64,000 nt of DNA from Desulfobacterales bacterium (GTDB lineage: Bacteria > Desulfobacterota > Desulfobacteria > Desulfobacterales > UBA5852), in NCBI GenBank assembly GCA_963674755.2, contig CAXXVS010000001.1:224001-288000 (forward strand), read 5' to 3'. The position numbers were made by a program, and so were the translations under genes. Below, one piece after another: positions 50,050 to 60,172 of the stretch. Under the pieces are notes generated by a model, which was not told the origin of the DNA, did no database searches, and was given only the letters and a program-made list of their open reading frames with translations. The stretch's first letter is position 1, and each line of letters opens with the position of its first letter.

Positions 50050-51156
50050 ATGCCCCGCAAGACATTGCCGATCGAAGAAAAACTCGAAAGTCTGGCTATC
50101 CTGGACGCCAAGGGCAACGTGGATAAGGCTCTCGAACCGTCAATGCCTAAGGAATTGCTGCTCAAACTCTACCGCTACATGGTGCTCGGCCGGTGCTTTG
50201 ACGAACGCCTGCTGGCGCTGCAGCGCCAGGGCCGGATCGGCACCTTCCCGCCCATTTCCGGCCAGGAGGCGGCCCACCTGGGGGCGGTGGCGGCTTTGCG
50301 GGAAGATGATTGGATGGTGCCCGCCTTCCGGGAAACCGCGGCCGAGATCTGGCGCGGCCGCAGTCTGGAAAGCGTCATCCTGGGCAACAACGGCTTCAAC
50401 GAAGCGGCCAGCATCGATCCCCCCGGTCCCACCCTGCCGGTTTCCGTACCGGTGGGCTCCCAGATGCTGCATGCCGTGGGCCTCGGCTGGGCCGCCCGCT
50501 ACCGCAAGACGGATCAGGTGGCTTTGACCTTTTTCGGTGACGGGGCCACCTCGGAGGGCGATTTCCACGAAGCCATGAATTTGGCCGGCGTTTTCCAGGC
50601 TCCCGTGATATTCGTCTGTCAGAACAACCACTGGGCCATCTCCATTCCCCGCAGCCGCCAGACCCGCTCTGCCACCATTGCCCAAAAGGCGCTGGCCTAC
50701 GGTATGCCGGGCGTCCAGGTGGACGGCAACGACGTGCTGGCGGTTTACAGCGCCGTGAGCGAGGCCGTGGCGCGGGCCCGCGCGGGCCGGGGGCCGACCC
50801 TGGTGGAATGCGTCACCTACCGCATGCTGATGCACACCACGGCGGACGATCCCCGGCGCTATCGCTCGGATGACGAGCTGGAAAGCTGGAAGGCCAAAGA
50901 CCCCATCGCACGCTTCGAGGTCTATTTGAAGCACAAAAAACTGCTCACCAGGAAGAAGATCGAGGCACTCAACCAAGAGGTCCTGGCCCAGATCCAGACG
51001 GCGGTGGAACAGGCCGAAAATCAGATGAAGACCCTGGGGAATCCTCTGGACATGTTCGCGCATGCCTATGCGCAGATGCCGCCGCACCTGCGCGTCCAGC
51101 GCGAGGAGCTGGCGGCCGAGATCGGCCGGGCGGCCAAGGAGGACGGCGATGGCTAA
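50050..51156 (+). CDS. pdhA: Pyruvate (2-oxoacid) dehydrogenase E1 alpha
   Basis: LQRQGRIG, GDGATSEGDFHE, CQNN, HTTADDP. Confidence 0.88.
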   Translation: MPRKTLPIEEKLESLAILDAKGNVDKALEPSMPKELLLKLYRYMVLGRCFDERLLALQRQGRIGTFPPISGQEAAHLGAVAALREDDWMVPAFRETAAEIWRGRSLESVILGNNGFNEAASIDPPGPTLPVSVPVGSQMLHAVGLGWAARYRKTDQVALTFFGDGATSEGDFHEAMNLAGVFQAPVIFVCQNNHWAISIPRSRQTRSATIAQKALAYGMPGVQVDGNDVLAVYSAVSEAVARARAGRGPTLVECVTYRMLMHTTADDPRRYRSDDELESWKAKDPIARFEVYLKHKKLLTRKKIEALNQEVLAQIQTAVEQAENQMKTLGNPLDMFAHAYAQMPPHLRVQREELAAEIGRAAKEDGDG

Positions 51157-52132
51157 AATGACCATGGTCCAGGCCCTGAACCTGGCCCTGCGGCAGGAAA
51201 TGACCCGCGACGACGGGGTCGTCGTGCTGGGGGAGGATGTGGGTGTGGACGGCGGGGTCTTCCGGGTCACGGACGGACTCATCGAACACTTCGGGGAAGA
51301 GCGGGTGCTCGATACCCCCCTGGGCGAATCCGGCATTGCCGGTATGGCCATCGGCATGGCGCTCTACGGACTGCGGCCGGTGTGCGAGATGCAGTTTGCC
51401 GGCTTTTCCTACCAGGCCTTTCACCAGATGGAAAACCACGCCGCCCGGCTGCGCTGGCGGTCCCAGGGACGCTTGTCGGTGCCCATGGTGTTGCGGGCGC
51501 CCTATGGGGGCGGGGTGCGGGCCCTGGAGCACCACTCCGAGAGCCGCGAGACCTATTTCGCCCATACGCCCGGGCTCAAAATGGTGCTTCCCTCCGGGCC
51601 GCGCAATGCCCGGGCTCTGCTGGTGAGTGCCATACGGGATCCGGACCCGGTGGTGTTCTTCGAACCCAAAGCCGTCTACCGGGCTTACCGCGAAGAGGTT
51701 CCCGAAGAGGAGGAGACCCTGCCCATCGGGCAGCCCGTCATCGCCCGGGAGGGCCGGGATCTGACCATCGTGACTTACGGCGCCATGGTCCGGCCCGTGC
51801 TGGCAGCGGCCGAGGAATTGCAGGCCAAGGACGGCGTCGCGGCCGAGGTGATCGATCTGTTGACGATTGCCCCGCTGGATGACGCCCTTTTTGCGGCCTC
51901 GGCCCGCAAGACCGGGCACGTGATGGTGGTGCACGAAGCGCCGCGCAGTTTCGGTCCGGGGGCCGAGATCGTGTCCCGCCTGGTGGAAAAAGCATTTTAC
52001 TTCCTGGAAGTGCCCATCGCCCGGGTGACCGGTTACGACGTGGTGATGCCGCTTTTCAGCCGGGAGCAGCATTACCTGCCCCACCCGGGGCGCGTGGCGG
52101 CCGCCGCCCGCCGCCTGCTCGAAGAAGGATAG
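51149..52132 (+). CDS. pdhB: Pyruvate (2-oxoacid) dehydrogenase E1 beta
   Basis: GEDVGVDGGVFR, DTPLGE, EHHSES. Confidence 0.88.
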   Translation: MAKMTMVQALNLALRQEMTRDDGVVVLGEDVGVDGGVFRVTDGLIEHFGEERVLDTPLGESGIAGMAIGMALYGLRPVCEMQFAGFSYQAFHQMENHAARLRWRSQGRLSVPMVLRAPYGGGVRALEHHSESRETYFAHTPGLKMVLPSGPRNARALLVSAIRDPDPVVFFEPKAVYRAYREEVPEEEETLPIGQPVIAREGRDLTIVTYGAMVRPVLAAAEELQAKDGVAAEVIDLLTIAPLDDALFAASARKTGHVMVVHEAPRSFGPGAEIVSRLVEKAFYFLEVPIARVTGYDVVMPLFSREQHYLPHPGRVAAAARRLLEEG

Positions 52133-52141
52133 GAGGCGTCC

Positions 52142-53458
52142 ATGGCGTTCGAATTCAAACTGCCGGATCTGGGAGAGGGGATTCACGAAGGCGAAATCGT
52201 GGAGGTCTTCGTCACGGTGGGCGACAAGATCGCGGAGGGCGATCCCCTGCTGGAGGTGGAGACGGACAAAGCGGTGACCGCCATTCCTTCGCCCTATACC
52301 GGTGCTGTCAGCGAGGTTCGCGTGGCGGCCGGTGATGCGGTTCACGTGGGGGACGTGCTGGTCGTTTTTGAGGGCGGCGCCGCACAACCCGCGGCAACGG
52401 ATAAGACGGCTGCCCAGTCGCAGTCATCGACGCCCCAGGCGGCTCCCGCGGAGGCCGCGCTGAAGCCCGCGGGCCGGCCGGCACAAGCCGAGCCGGCCGG
52501 GGACGGGCGCCGCCGGCCGGTACCGGCTTCGCCGGCCACTCGCCGGCTGGCCAGGGAACTGGGCGTGGATCTCCAGGCGGTGCGTCCCACCGGCCCCGAG
52601 GGGCTGGTAACGGCCGAAGATGTCCGCCGGCATGCTGAAAATGCTTTGCCGGCCGGGGAGGGCGGGACCGAAGCGGAAACCCAAATGCTTCCGGTGAATC
52701 TGCCGGCGACGACACCTGCTTTGCCGGATTTCGCCCAGTGGGGACCGGTGGAAACCGAGCCCCTGCGCTCGGTGCGCAAGGCCACCGCCCGGCAGATGGC
52801 CCTGTCCTGGTCCCAGATTCCCCATGTCTCCAACCAGGGTGAAGTGGATGTCACCGCCCTGGAAGCCCTGCGCCGGCGCCATGCCCCGCAGGTGGCGCAA
52901 GACGGCGGCCGGCTGACCCTGACGGTCCTGGCGGCCAAGGCGGCCGCGGCGGCCCTGAAGCGTTTTCCGCGTTTCAACGCCAGCCTGGACATGGCCCGCG
53001 AGCGCATTATTTACAAGCGCTATTGCCATGTGGGCATCGCGGTGGCCTCCCCCCGGGGATTGATCGTGCCGGTGCTGCGGGATGTGGATCGCAAGAGCAT
53101 CCGCGAACTGGCGTCGGACTTCCAGGGACTGGTGGCGCGGGCCCGGGCCGGGAAAACCCCGCTGGAAGAACTCCAGGGCGGCACCTTTACGATCACCAAC
53201 GCCGGTGCGGTGGGCGGCGGGTATTTTACCCCCATCATCAATTTTCCCCAGGTGGCCATCCTCGGTCTGGGACGGGCGGCCCTCAAACCGGTGGTGCGCA
53301 GCGACGCCGCCGGTGCGCCTGAAATCGTGCCCCGTCTGATGATGCCCCTGGTATTGAGCTTCGACCACCGCATCGCCGATGGTGCGGACGCCATTGGCTT
53401 CATACAGACCATGGCGGCCTGTTTGGAAGACCCCGAAGCGATGCTGTTGTCCGTATAG
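52142..53458 (+). CDS. pdhC: Dihydrolipoamide acyltransferase E2
   Basis: LPDLGEG, ETDKA, PATRRLAREL, DHRIADG. Confidence 0.88.
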   Translation: MAFEFKLPDLGEGIHEGEIVEVFVTVGDKIAEGDPLLEVETDKAVTAIPSPYTGAVSEVRVAAGDAVHVGDVLVVFEGGAAQPAATDKTAAQSQSSTPQAAPAEAALKPAGRPAQAEPAGDGRRRPVPASPATRRLARELGVDLQAVRPTGPEGLVTAEDVRRHAENALPAGEGGTEAETQMLPVNLPATTPALPDFAQWGPVETEPLRSVRKATARQMALSWSQIPHVSNQGEVDVTALEALRRRHAPQVAQDGGRLTLTVLAAKAAAAALKRFPRFNASLDMARERIIYKRYCHVGIAVASPRGLIVPVLRDVDRKSIRELASDFQGLVARARAGKTPLEELQGGTFTITNAGAVGGGYFTPIINFPQVAILGLGRAALKPVVRSDAAGAPEIVPRLMMPLVLSFDHRIADGADAIGFIQTMAACLEDPEAMLLSV

Positions 53459-53582
53459 AGGGGAGCAGACCGTCCGACCGATGGTTGGTTTTCAGCGCGA
53501 CAGGTGACGTTTGGGGCTTAACGGCGCAGATGTTTTCTTATGACGACACCTTAGCAAGAAGCATGAAGGGGAGATCGCAACC

Positions 53583-55004
53583 ATGGTGATGGGCGAATTT
53601 ACCCAGGACACCGATCTGCTGGTAATCGGGGGCGGCCCCGGAGGGTATGCGGCTGCTTTCCGGGCCGCCGATCTGGGCCTGGACGTCACGATGGTGGACA
53701 TCGCCGAACGGCCGGGCGGGGTCTGTCTCCATCGGGGCTGCATTCCTTCCAAGACCTATCTGCACCTGGCCGAGCTGATCAGCGACGCCCGCCGGGCCGA
53801 TGCCATGGGGGTCCATTTCGGGGCGCCGCGCATCGACCCGGCCGCCATCCGGGCCTGGAAAGAGAAGGTTGTCGATCAGCTGGCCGAAGGCCTGGTGACC
53901 CTTACCCAGAAACGCGGCATCCAATACCTGCAGGGCCGGGCGGTCTTCGAAGACGACCGTCATGTGCGCATCAAGGGCCGCGATGCCCTGCGCATCCATT
54001 TCAAGAACGCCATCATCGCGGCCGGCTCCCATGCCCTGGCCCTGCCCGGAACGGGCTTCGGTCAGGGCGGACGCATCATGAGTTCCACCGGCGCCCTGCA
54101 GCTGGCCGACATCCCGGAGCGGCTGCTGGTGGTGGGGGGTGGTTACGTGGGACTGGAGATTGGCATGGTCTTCGCCGCCCTGGGCAGCCGGATCATTCTG
54201 GTGGAAGCCGGGGACCGCCTGTTGCCGGGGGTGGATGCAGACCTGGTGGCGCCGCTCAAGAAACATTTGGCGTCGGTTTTCGAAACCCTGCACTTCGAGG
54301 CCCGGGTGACGTCCGTGGAGGCCGGTAAAGAAGGTGTGGCCGTCACGGTCGAGCAGGCCGGGAAGGCGGAGCGGTTTGCCGTCGATCGCGTCCTGGTGGC
54401 CATCGGCCGGGCGCCTAATACCGATGCCCTCGGTCTGGAGGCGGCCGGGGTCCGGCTGGACGAGCGGGGCTTTATCCGGGTGGATGCCCAGCAATGCACC
54501 TCGACGCCCCACATTTTCGCCATCGGCGATATCGTAGGCGGCGCCATGCTGGCCCATAAAGCCATGGCGGAGGGCAAGGTGGCGGCTGAAGCCGTGGCCG
54601 GTCTCCCGTCGGCCTTCGACGTGCGGGCCATTCCGGCCGTGGTCTACACCGATCCGCAGATCGCCTGGGCCGGCGTCCGCGAGGCGGAAGCACGCCGACA
54701 GGGCATCCCCATCGCGGTGGAAAAATTCCCCTGGAAATTTTCGGGCCGGGCCCTCACCATGGGGGCGCCGGCGGGCCTTACCAAGATGCTTGTGGAACCG
54801 GACAGCCGGCGGGTGATCGGGGTGGGCATCACCGGGCGCGGCGCCGAAGGGCTCATTGCCGAAGGGGTCCTGGCGATCGAGATGGGCGCCCTGGCGGAAG
54901 ACGTGGCCCTCAGCATGCACGCCCATCCCACCCTCTCCGAAACCGAAGGGGAAGCCGCCGAGATCTTCCTCGGAGCGGCAACCCATATCCTGCCCCGGAA
55001 GTGA
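53583..55004 (+). CDS. lpdA: Dihydrolipoyl dehydrogenase E3 (pdh-linked)
   Basis: GGGPGG, CLHRGCIPSK, HAHPTLSE. Confidence 0.93.
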   Translation: MVMGEFTQDTDLLVIGGGPGGYAAAFRAADLGLDVTMVDIAERPGGVCLHRGCIPSKTYLHLAELISDARRADAMGVHFGAPRIDPAAIRAWKEKVVDQLAEGLVTLTQKRGIQYLQGRAVFEDDRHVRIKGRDALRIHFKNAIIAAGSHALALPGTGFGQGGRIMSSTGALQLADIPERLLVVGGGYVGLEIGMVFAALGSRIILVEAGDRLLPGVDADLVAPLKKHLASVFETLHFEARVTSVEAGKEGVAVTVEQAGKAERFAVDRVLVAIGRAPNTDALGLEAAGVRLDERGFIRVDAQQCTSTPHIFAIGDIVGGAMLAHKAMAEGKVAAEAVAGLPSAFDVRAIPAVVYTDPQIAWAGVREAEARRQGIPIAVEKFPWKFSGRALTMGAPAGLTKMLVEPDSRRVIGVGITGRGAEGLIAEGVLAIEMGALAEDVALSMHAHPTLSETEGEAAEIFLGAATHILPRK

Positions 55005-55199
55005 GAAATGCCGCGCCTGCGCGGAGAACGCCCTGGCAGAATAGCAGGCCTTGGAAACGCGGAACGCACTGACCCGCATCGCTATTCTAGCGGGCCGTGA
55101 ATTTTAAGCGTTCACTTGTTATAAGGCGTCGTCAGGCCTGAATGCAAAGCCCATCAGCCGGAGCATCATACGATTCACTAACTTTCCGATCATCGTACC

Positions 55200-55230
55200 T
55201 TGACAGGCTACCGTCCCTTCTATATAGAAT
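55200..55230 (+). promoter_or_regulatory. Candidate sigma70 promoter for act-cco operon
   Basis: TTGACA at 55200 followed by TATATAGAAT at 55221-55230. Confidence 0.5.
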
Positions 55231-55360
55231 TTTAGTCACGCTATTACGAATCATTCTCACCCACCACCCTGCTGCCGTATTCATGGCATACGCAGACGAA
55301 ACTAGGCTCGACCCACTCCATCAACCGTTTGCATCGACCTGCTGAGGGCTTGCATTGACT

Positions 55361-58288
55361 ATGGACCGTCGCACCTTCCTGAAAATCGCCGGCATGGGCA
55401 GCATGGCGCTGGCGGCCGGCTGTTCGCCCGATCCCGATCGCAAACTCTTCACCCTGGTTCGTGCCCCGGACGACATGGTGGTCGGAGAGCCTCAATGGTA
55501 CGCCACCACCTGCCGCGAGTGCCCGGCCGGTTGCGGCGTCATTGCCAAAAACCGGGAGGGGCGGGTGATCAAGCTGGAGGGTAATCCCACCCACCCTGTC
55601 AACCGGGGGGCGCTTTGCATGCGGGGCCAGGCCGCCCTGCAGGGCCTCTACGATCCGGACCGCCTTAAACAGCCCCTCGTGAGGAATAAGAACAACTGGA
55701 AGCCTGTCACCTACCAGGAAGCCCTGACCCTGATCCGCCGCAAGACGGCGGCTGCCGCCCGCAAAGGCCCGGACCGTATCCAGTTCTGGACCGAGGTGAT
55801 GGGCGGACCCCTTCACGATTTGGCGACGGAGACCATGGCCGGCTGGAACGCGGCGGGGCCGACGGTTTACGAAGCCTTGGGCTATGATGCCCTTAAGGCC
55901 GCCAATGCGGCGGTATTCGGAATCGACGGCTTGTTTGCCTACCGCATGGAAGATGCGGATGTCCTGGTGGGCTTCGGGGCGGATTTTCTGGAGACCTGGC
56001 TTTCGCCGGTTTCCTACGCCCGTCAATTCAAGACCATGCACCAGGTGCGCAAGGGACGCAAAGGGTGCTTCTTCCACGTGGGACCCTACCAGTCCCTGAC
56101 CGGCGCCAATGCCGATGTCTGGGTGCCCTGCCATCCCGAGACCGAGACCCTGATCGCCCTCTCCCTGATTCAAATCGGCCTGGATGTGGGCCGGGCCGGG
56201 CATTTACCCTTCCCCTTGAAGGAATCTCTGGAGCAAATCGTCAGCCGCTATCCCAAGGCCGCGGTGTTGGAGCAGACCGGCGTGCCGGAACCGGTTTTCG
56301 ATCAGATGGCCCGCCGTCTCTTCCAGGCCCAGCGTCCCCTGGTGCTCGGCACCGGCGCCGGTGGGCCGGGCGCCAACCGTTACGCCACCAATCTGGCGGT
56401 CAATTTTCTCAATTATCTTCTCAATCCCCAACTGCCGTTGTTGGCCTTCGAACAGCGCTACCGGGTGGAAACGGCGGCGCCGCGGACCTCCCTCCGCCAG
56501 CAGGTCGAGCGCTTGCGCGGCGGTCAAACCGACGTTTGCTTCATGCACAATGCCAATCCGGTTTACACCCTGCCGCCGGATAGCGGGATGGCGGCCGCCC
56601 TGCAGGATCCTGCCGTCTATGTGGTCAGCTTTTCCAATGTCATGGATGACACCACGGCCCTGGCGGATCTGGTGCTCCCGGTGCAGCTACCGTTGGAGAC
56701 CTGGGATGCCTACGAGGGCGTGACCGGGGCGGCGGGGTTGCAGCAGCCCGTTCTTGGGCGGCTGAACGAGGCGCCCGCTCTGGGGGATGTCCTCCTGGCC
56801 AGCGCGCTGTCGCCCCCGACCGACACGGACACCTACAAGGCCTATCTTCCGCTGGCGCTCAACAAGCGTTATGGCGGCATCGCGCAGGTTGCCGACTGGA
56901 TTGGGATGCTGCAATCCGGCGGATTGTTCCGCGATCCGTCCATCACCGAACCCGCTCCCGATCCGGCCCGCATGGATCCGGAGGCCCTTGGCCGGGCGTT
57001 CGCTGCGCTTGAACCGCGCCCGCGCGGACCGGTGCTGATTGTGGCGCCTTCCATCCGCTATTTCGATGGCCGCGGCGCCAATAAATCCTGGCTGAACGAG
57101 ATCCCCGATCCCCTGTCCATGGTGGCCTGGCAGACGCCGGTCCTGATGCACCCGGAGACGGCCGTGGATTTCAAGGTGAAAACCGGCGACCTGGTCAGCC
57201 TGCAGCAGGACCGGGAGACCCTCCAGGGACCGGCCTACGTCTGGGCGGGAATCGTGCCGGGCGCCATCGTCATGGCGGCCGGGCAGGGCCATACCGGCCT
57301 GGGCCGCTTTGCCCGCCAGAGAGGCAGCAATCCCTTTCGGCTGCTGGGCGATCGCACGGGGTTTATGGCCTACCCCATTGCCGTTCAGGCGATGGGCCGG
57401 ACGGTTCCCCTGGCCACGACTTCCGGCAGCCGTGTGCAGCACGACCGCAAGATCGCCCTGCACACCACCGTGCAGGAATTGCGGCATCCCGGGGAGCATG
57501 AAAAACCGGGTTTGACCATGTGGAATTTTCCGCTGACGTTGCCGATTCCGGAAGGCTACGATCCCAAGCGGGATTTTTACCCGCCCCACGATCACGCCGG
57601 CTATCGCTGGGCCATGGTGGTGGACCTGGACCGCTGTATCGGCTGCAGCGCTTGCGCCGCCGCCTGTTACGCCGAAAACAATCTCGGCGTTGTCGGTCAG
57701 GAACGCATCGTCGAGGGGCGCGAAATGGCCTGGCTGCAGGTCCAGCGCTACCTGGACAAAGAGACGGGCACCCGGGTGTCCTTCCTGCCCATGATGTGCC
57801 AGCATTGCGACAATGCCCCCTGCGAATCGGTCTGTCCGGTCTACGCGCCCCACCACAACAAGGAGGGGCTCAACAACCAGATCTACAACCGCTGTATCGG
57901 CACACGCTTCTGCTCCCAGAACTGCCCCTACAAAGTGCGGCGGTTCAACTGGTTCACCTGGTCGTGGCCCGATCCGCTGAATCTGCAATTGAACCCCGAC
58001 GTCACGGTACGGGCCAAGGGGGTGATGGAGAAATGCTCCTTCTGCGTCCAGCGCATCAAGGCCGCCCACAACGTGGCCAAGAATGAAAAGCGCGCCATTC
58101 GCGACGGTGAAGTCATCCCGGCCTGTGTCCAGACCTGTCCCACCGGGGCGCTGACCTTCGGCAGCCTGATGGATCCGGCCAGCAAAGTGAATGCGCTGGT
58201 CAAGGACCCGCGGGCCTATCAGGTCATGGGCTATCTCAATACCAAGCCGGCGGTGATCTACCTCAAAAAAGTGGTCGAGGAGGTGTGA
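55361..58288 (+). CDS. actB: Alternative complex III ActB-like: molybdopterin-oxidoreductase fold fused to Fe-S domain
   Basis: Tat signal DRRTFLK and lipobox LAAGC; CRECPAGC; CIGCSACAAACYAENN, CQHCDNAPCESVCP, YNRCIGTRFCSQNCPY, GVMEKC. Confidence 0.85.
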   Translation: MDRRTFLKIAGMGSMALAAGCSPDPDRKLFTLVRAPDDMVVGEPQWYATTCRECPAGCGVIAKNREGRVIKLEGNPTHPVNRGALCMRGQAALQGLYDPDRLKQPLVRNKNNWKPVTYQEALTLIRRKTAAAARKGPDRIQFWTEVMGGPLHDLATETMAGWNAAGPTVYEALGYDALKAANAAVFGIDGLFAYRMEDADVLVGFGADFLETWLSPVSYARQFKTMHQVRKGRKGCFFHVGPYQSLTGANADVWVPCHPETETLIALSLIQIGLDVGRAGHLPFPLKESLEQIVSRYPKAAVLEQTGVPEPVFDQMARRLFQAQRPLVLGTGAGGPGANRYATNLAVNFLNYLLNPQLPLLAFEQRYRVETAAPRTSLRQQVERLRGGQTDVCFMHNANPVYTLPPDSGMAAALQDPAVYVVSFSNVMDDTTALADLVLPVQLPLETWDAYEGVTGAAGLQQPVLGRLNEAPALGDVLLASALSPPTDTDTYKAYLPLALNKRYGGIAQVADWIGMLQSGGLFRDPSITEPAPDPARMDPEALGRAFAALEPRPRGPVLIVAPSIRYFDGRGANKSWLNEIPDPLSMVAWQTPVLMHPETAVDFKVKTGDLVSLQQDRETLQGPAYVWAGIVPGAIVMAAGQGHTGLGRFARQRGSNPFRLLGDRTGFMAYPIAVQAMGRTVPLATTSGSRVQHDRKIALHTTVQELRHPGEHEKPGLTMWNFPLTLPIPEGYDPKRDFYPPHDHAGYRWAMVVDLDRCIGCSACAAACYAENNLGVVGQERIVEGREMAWLQVQRYLDKETGTRVSFLPMMCQHCDNAPCESVCPVYAPHHNKEGLNNQIYNRCIGTRFCSQNCPYKVRRFNWFTWSWPDPLNLQLNPDVTVRAKGVMEKCSFCVQRIKAAHNVAKNEKRAIRDGEVIPACVQTCPTGALTFGSLMDPASKVNALVKDPRAYQVMGYLNTKPAVIYLKKVVEEV

Positions 58289-58293
58289 CGTCC

Positions 58294-59589
58294 ATGTCCG
58301 AACTGACCTTCGCCCAGGTTGACCAAACCATCCTCAACAGCCTGAAGCCGGCCGGCCGAAGCTATTGGGCCCTGATCGCCGTGCTGGCGGCCGGGGTCCT
58401 CATGGGGGCGGCCTGTTGGCTCTACCAGATTTTCGTGGGCATCGGCGTGGCCGGGATGAACAACCCCGTGGCCTGGGGCACCTATCTGATCAATTTTGTC
58501 TTCTGGGTCGGGATCGCCCATTCCGGCACCCTGATTTCCGCCATCCTGCACCTGTTCCGGGCCGGCTGGCGCAATCCCATCGCCCGGGCGGCCGAGACCA
58601 TGACCGTCTTCGCGGTCTGCACGGCGGGGCTTTTCCCGTTTATCCATCTGGGGCGGGCCTGGATGGTCTATTTCATGCTGCCCTTTCCCAACCAGCGCAA
58701 CCTCTGGCCCAATTTCCAGTCGCCCCTCATGTTCGACGTGGTGGCCATCAGCACCTACCTGACGGTGAGCTCGCTGTTCTGGTACACCGGCATGCTGCCG
58801 GATTTGGCCATCGTACGTGACAACGCCACCGGCTTTCGCAAGAAGATCTTTACGGTGCTCTCCATGGGCTGGACCGGGCGCTTCGAACAATGGCGCCACT
58901 ACACCCGGGGCTACCTCTTTTTCGCCGCCCTGGCCACCCCCCTGGTCATCTCCGTGCACAGCGTGGTGTCATGGGATTTTGCCCTGGGTGTGGTGCCCGG
59001 CTGGCACACCACCATCTTCGCCCCCTATTTCGTGGCCGGCGCGATCCACTCGGGGCTCGCCATGGTGCTGACCCTGATGATCCCCTTACGGAAAGTCTTC
59101 AATACCCAGCAGATCATTACCGTCAATGTTTTGGAGAGCGTCGCCAAGACCATCGTCTTTACGGGGCTGATCGTGGCCTTTGCCTACGGCACGGAGTTTT
59201 TCATCGCCTGGTACAGCCACAATCCCGTGGAGCAGTACATCTTTCACTACCGCCCCACCGGCCACTATGCCGTCGGCTTCTGGATCATGGCCATCTGCAA
59301 CACCATGGTCCCGCTGCTTTTTTTCTTCAAGAAAGTGCGCACCAATATCGTGTCCCTTTTCGTGATCTCGATTCTGGTGAATATCGGCATGTGGTACGAG
59401 CGCTTCGTCATCATCATCACGAGCGTGTCCCGGGATTTCATCCCCCATGCCTGGGGCTTTTATTCGCCGTCGCTGATCGAATACGGCATCATGATCGGCA
59501 GTTTCAGCCTGTTTTTCTTTTTCTTCTGCCTTTTCGTCAAACACATGCCATCCGTCTCCATGACGGAAGTCAAAGAAATGCTGGAATAG
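58294..59589 (+). CDS. actC: ActC (NrfD/PsrC family quinol-binding membrane subunit)
   Basis: NFVFWVGIAHSGTLISAIL, RAAETMT, IHLGR, SVHSVVSWDFA. Confidence 0.92.
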   Translation: MSELTFAQVDQTILNSLKPAGRSYWALIAVLAAGVLMGAACWLYQIFVGIGVAGMNNPVAWGTYLINFVFWVGIAHSGTLISAILHLFRAGWRNPIARAAETMTVFAVCTAGLFPFIHLGRAWMVYFMLPFPNQRNLWPNFQSPLMFDVVAISTYLTVSSLFWYTGMLPDLAIVRDNATGFRKKIFTVLSMGWTGRFEQWRHYTRGYLFFAALATPLVISVHSVVSWDFALGVVPGWHTTIFAPYFVAGAIHSGLAMVLTLMIPLRKVFNTQQIITVNVLESVAKTIVFTGLIVAFAYGTEFFIAWYSHNPVEQYIFHYRPTGHYAVGFWIMAICNTMVPLLFFFKKVRTNIVSLFVISILVNIGMWYERFVIIITSVSRDFIPHAWGFYSPSLIEYGIMIGSFSLFFFFFCLFVKHMPSVSMTEVKEMLE

Positions 59590-59598
59590 GGAGGGGTC

Positions 59599-60123
59599 AT
59601 GCCGGCCGAAAGACGTTTGATGGGGCTGTTCAAAGAACCGGATCAGGTGATCGAGACGTTGCGGGCCTTCAGCAGCTCGCCCTGGTCGGTGGTCCGGGTG
59701 CACGGCCCGATTCCCAATCATAAAATTAGCGATATCCTGAACCTGCCCAAAAGCAGGGTGGGGCTGTTCACCCTGACCGGCGGCATCATCGGGTTTTTTA
59801 CGGGCTTCCTGCTGGCGGCCTATACCTCGACCCAGTGGAATCTGATCGTCAGCGGCAAGCCCATTGTGGCCCTGGTACCGTTTTTTATCGTGGGTTTCGA
59901 GTTCACGATTCTGTTCTCGGTCTTCGGCAATGTGATCGGACTGATCAATGTCGGGGGATTGCCGGACTGGGCCGGGCTGGTGGAATACGACCCACGCTGC
60001 TCCGGCGCGTATTACGGGATTACGGCGGCCTGCGATCCGGCCCGGGAGGCCGAATTGCGACAGTTCTTCCAGGAGCGGGGGGCCCAGGTGGCCGATTTGG
60101 AGACATTGCCGCAACCCGCCTGA
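59599..60123 (+). CDS. actD: ActD (DUF3341)
   Basis: HGPIP, WNLIVSGKP, FEFTILF. Confidence 0.85.
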   Translation: MPAERRLMGLFKEPDQVIETLRAFSSSPWSVVRVHGPIPNHKISDILNLPKSRVGLFTLTGGIIGFFTGFLLAAYTSTQWNLIVSGKPIVALVPFFIVGFEFTILFSVFGNVIGLINVGGLPDWAGLVEYDPRCSGAYYGITAACDPAREAELRQFFQERGAQVADLETLPQPA

Positions 60124-60172
60124 AGGCGGGCGGCCGCACGACGCACGTCAACGGAAAGGCATGCAACGGTCT

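Noticed and set aside
55098..55250. Rex-like boxes upstream of actB
   Set aside because: Half-site spacing does not fit the TTGTGAA-N4-TTCACAA consensus
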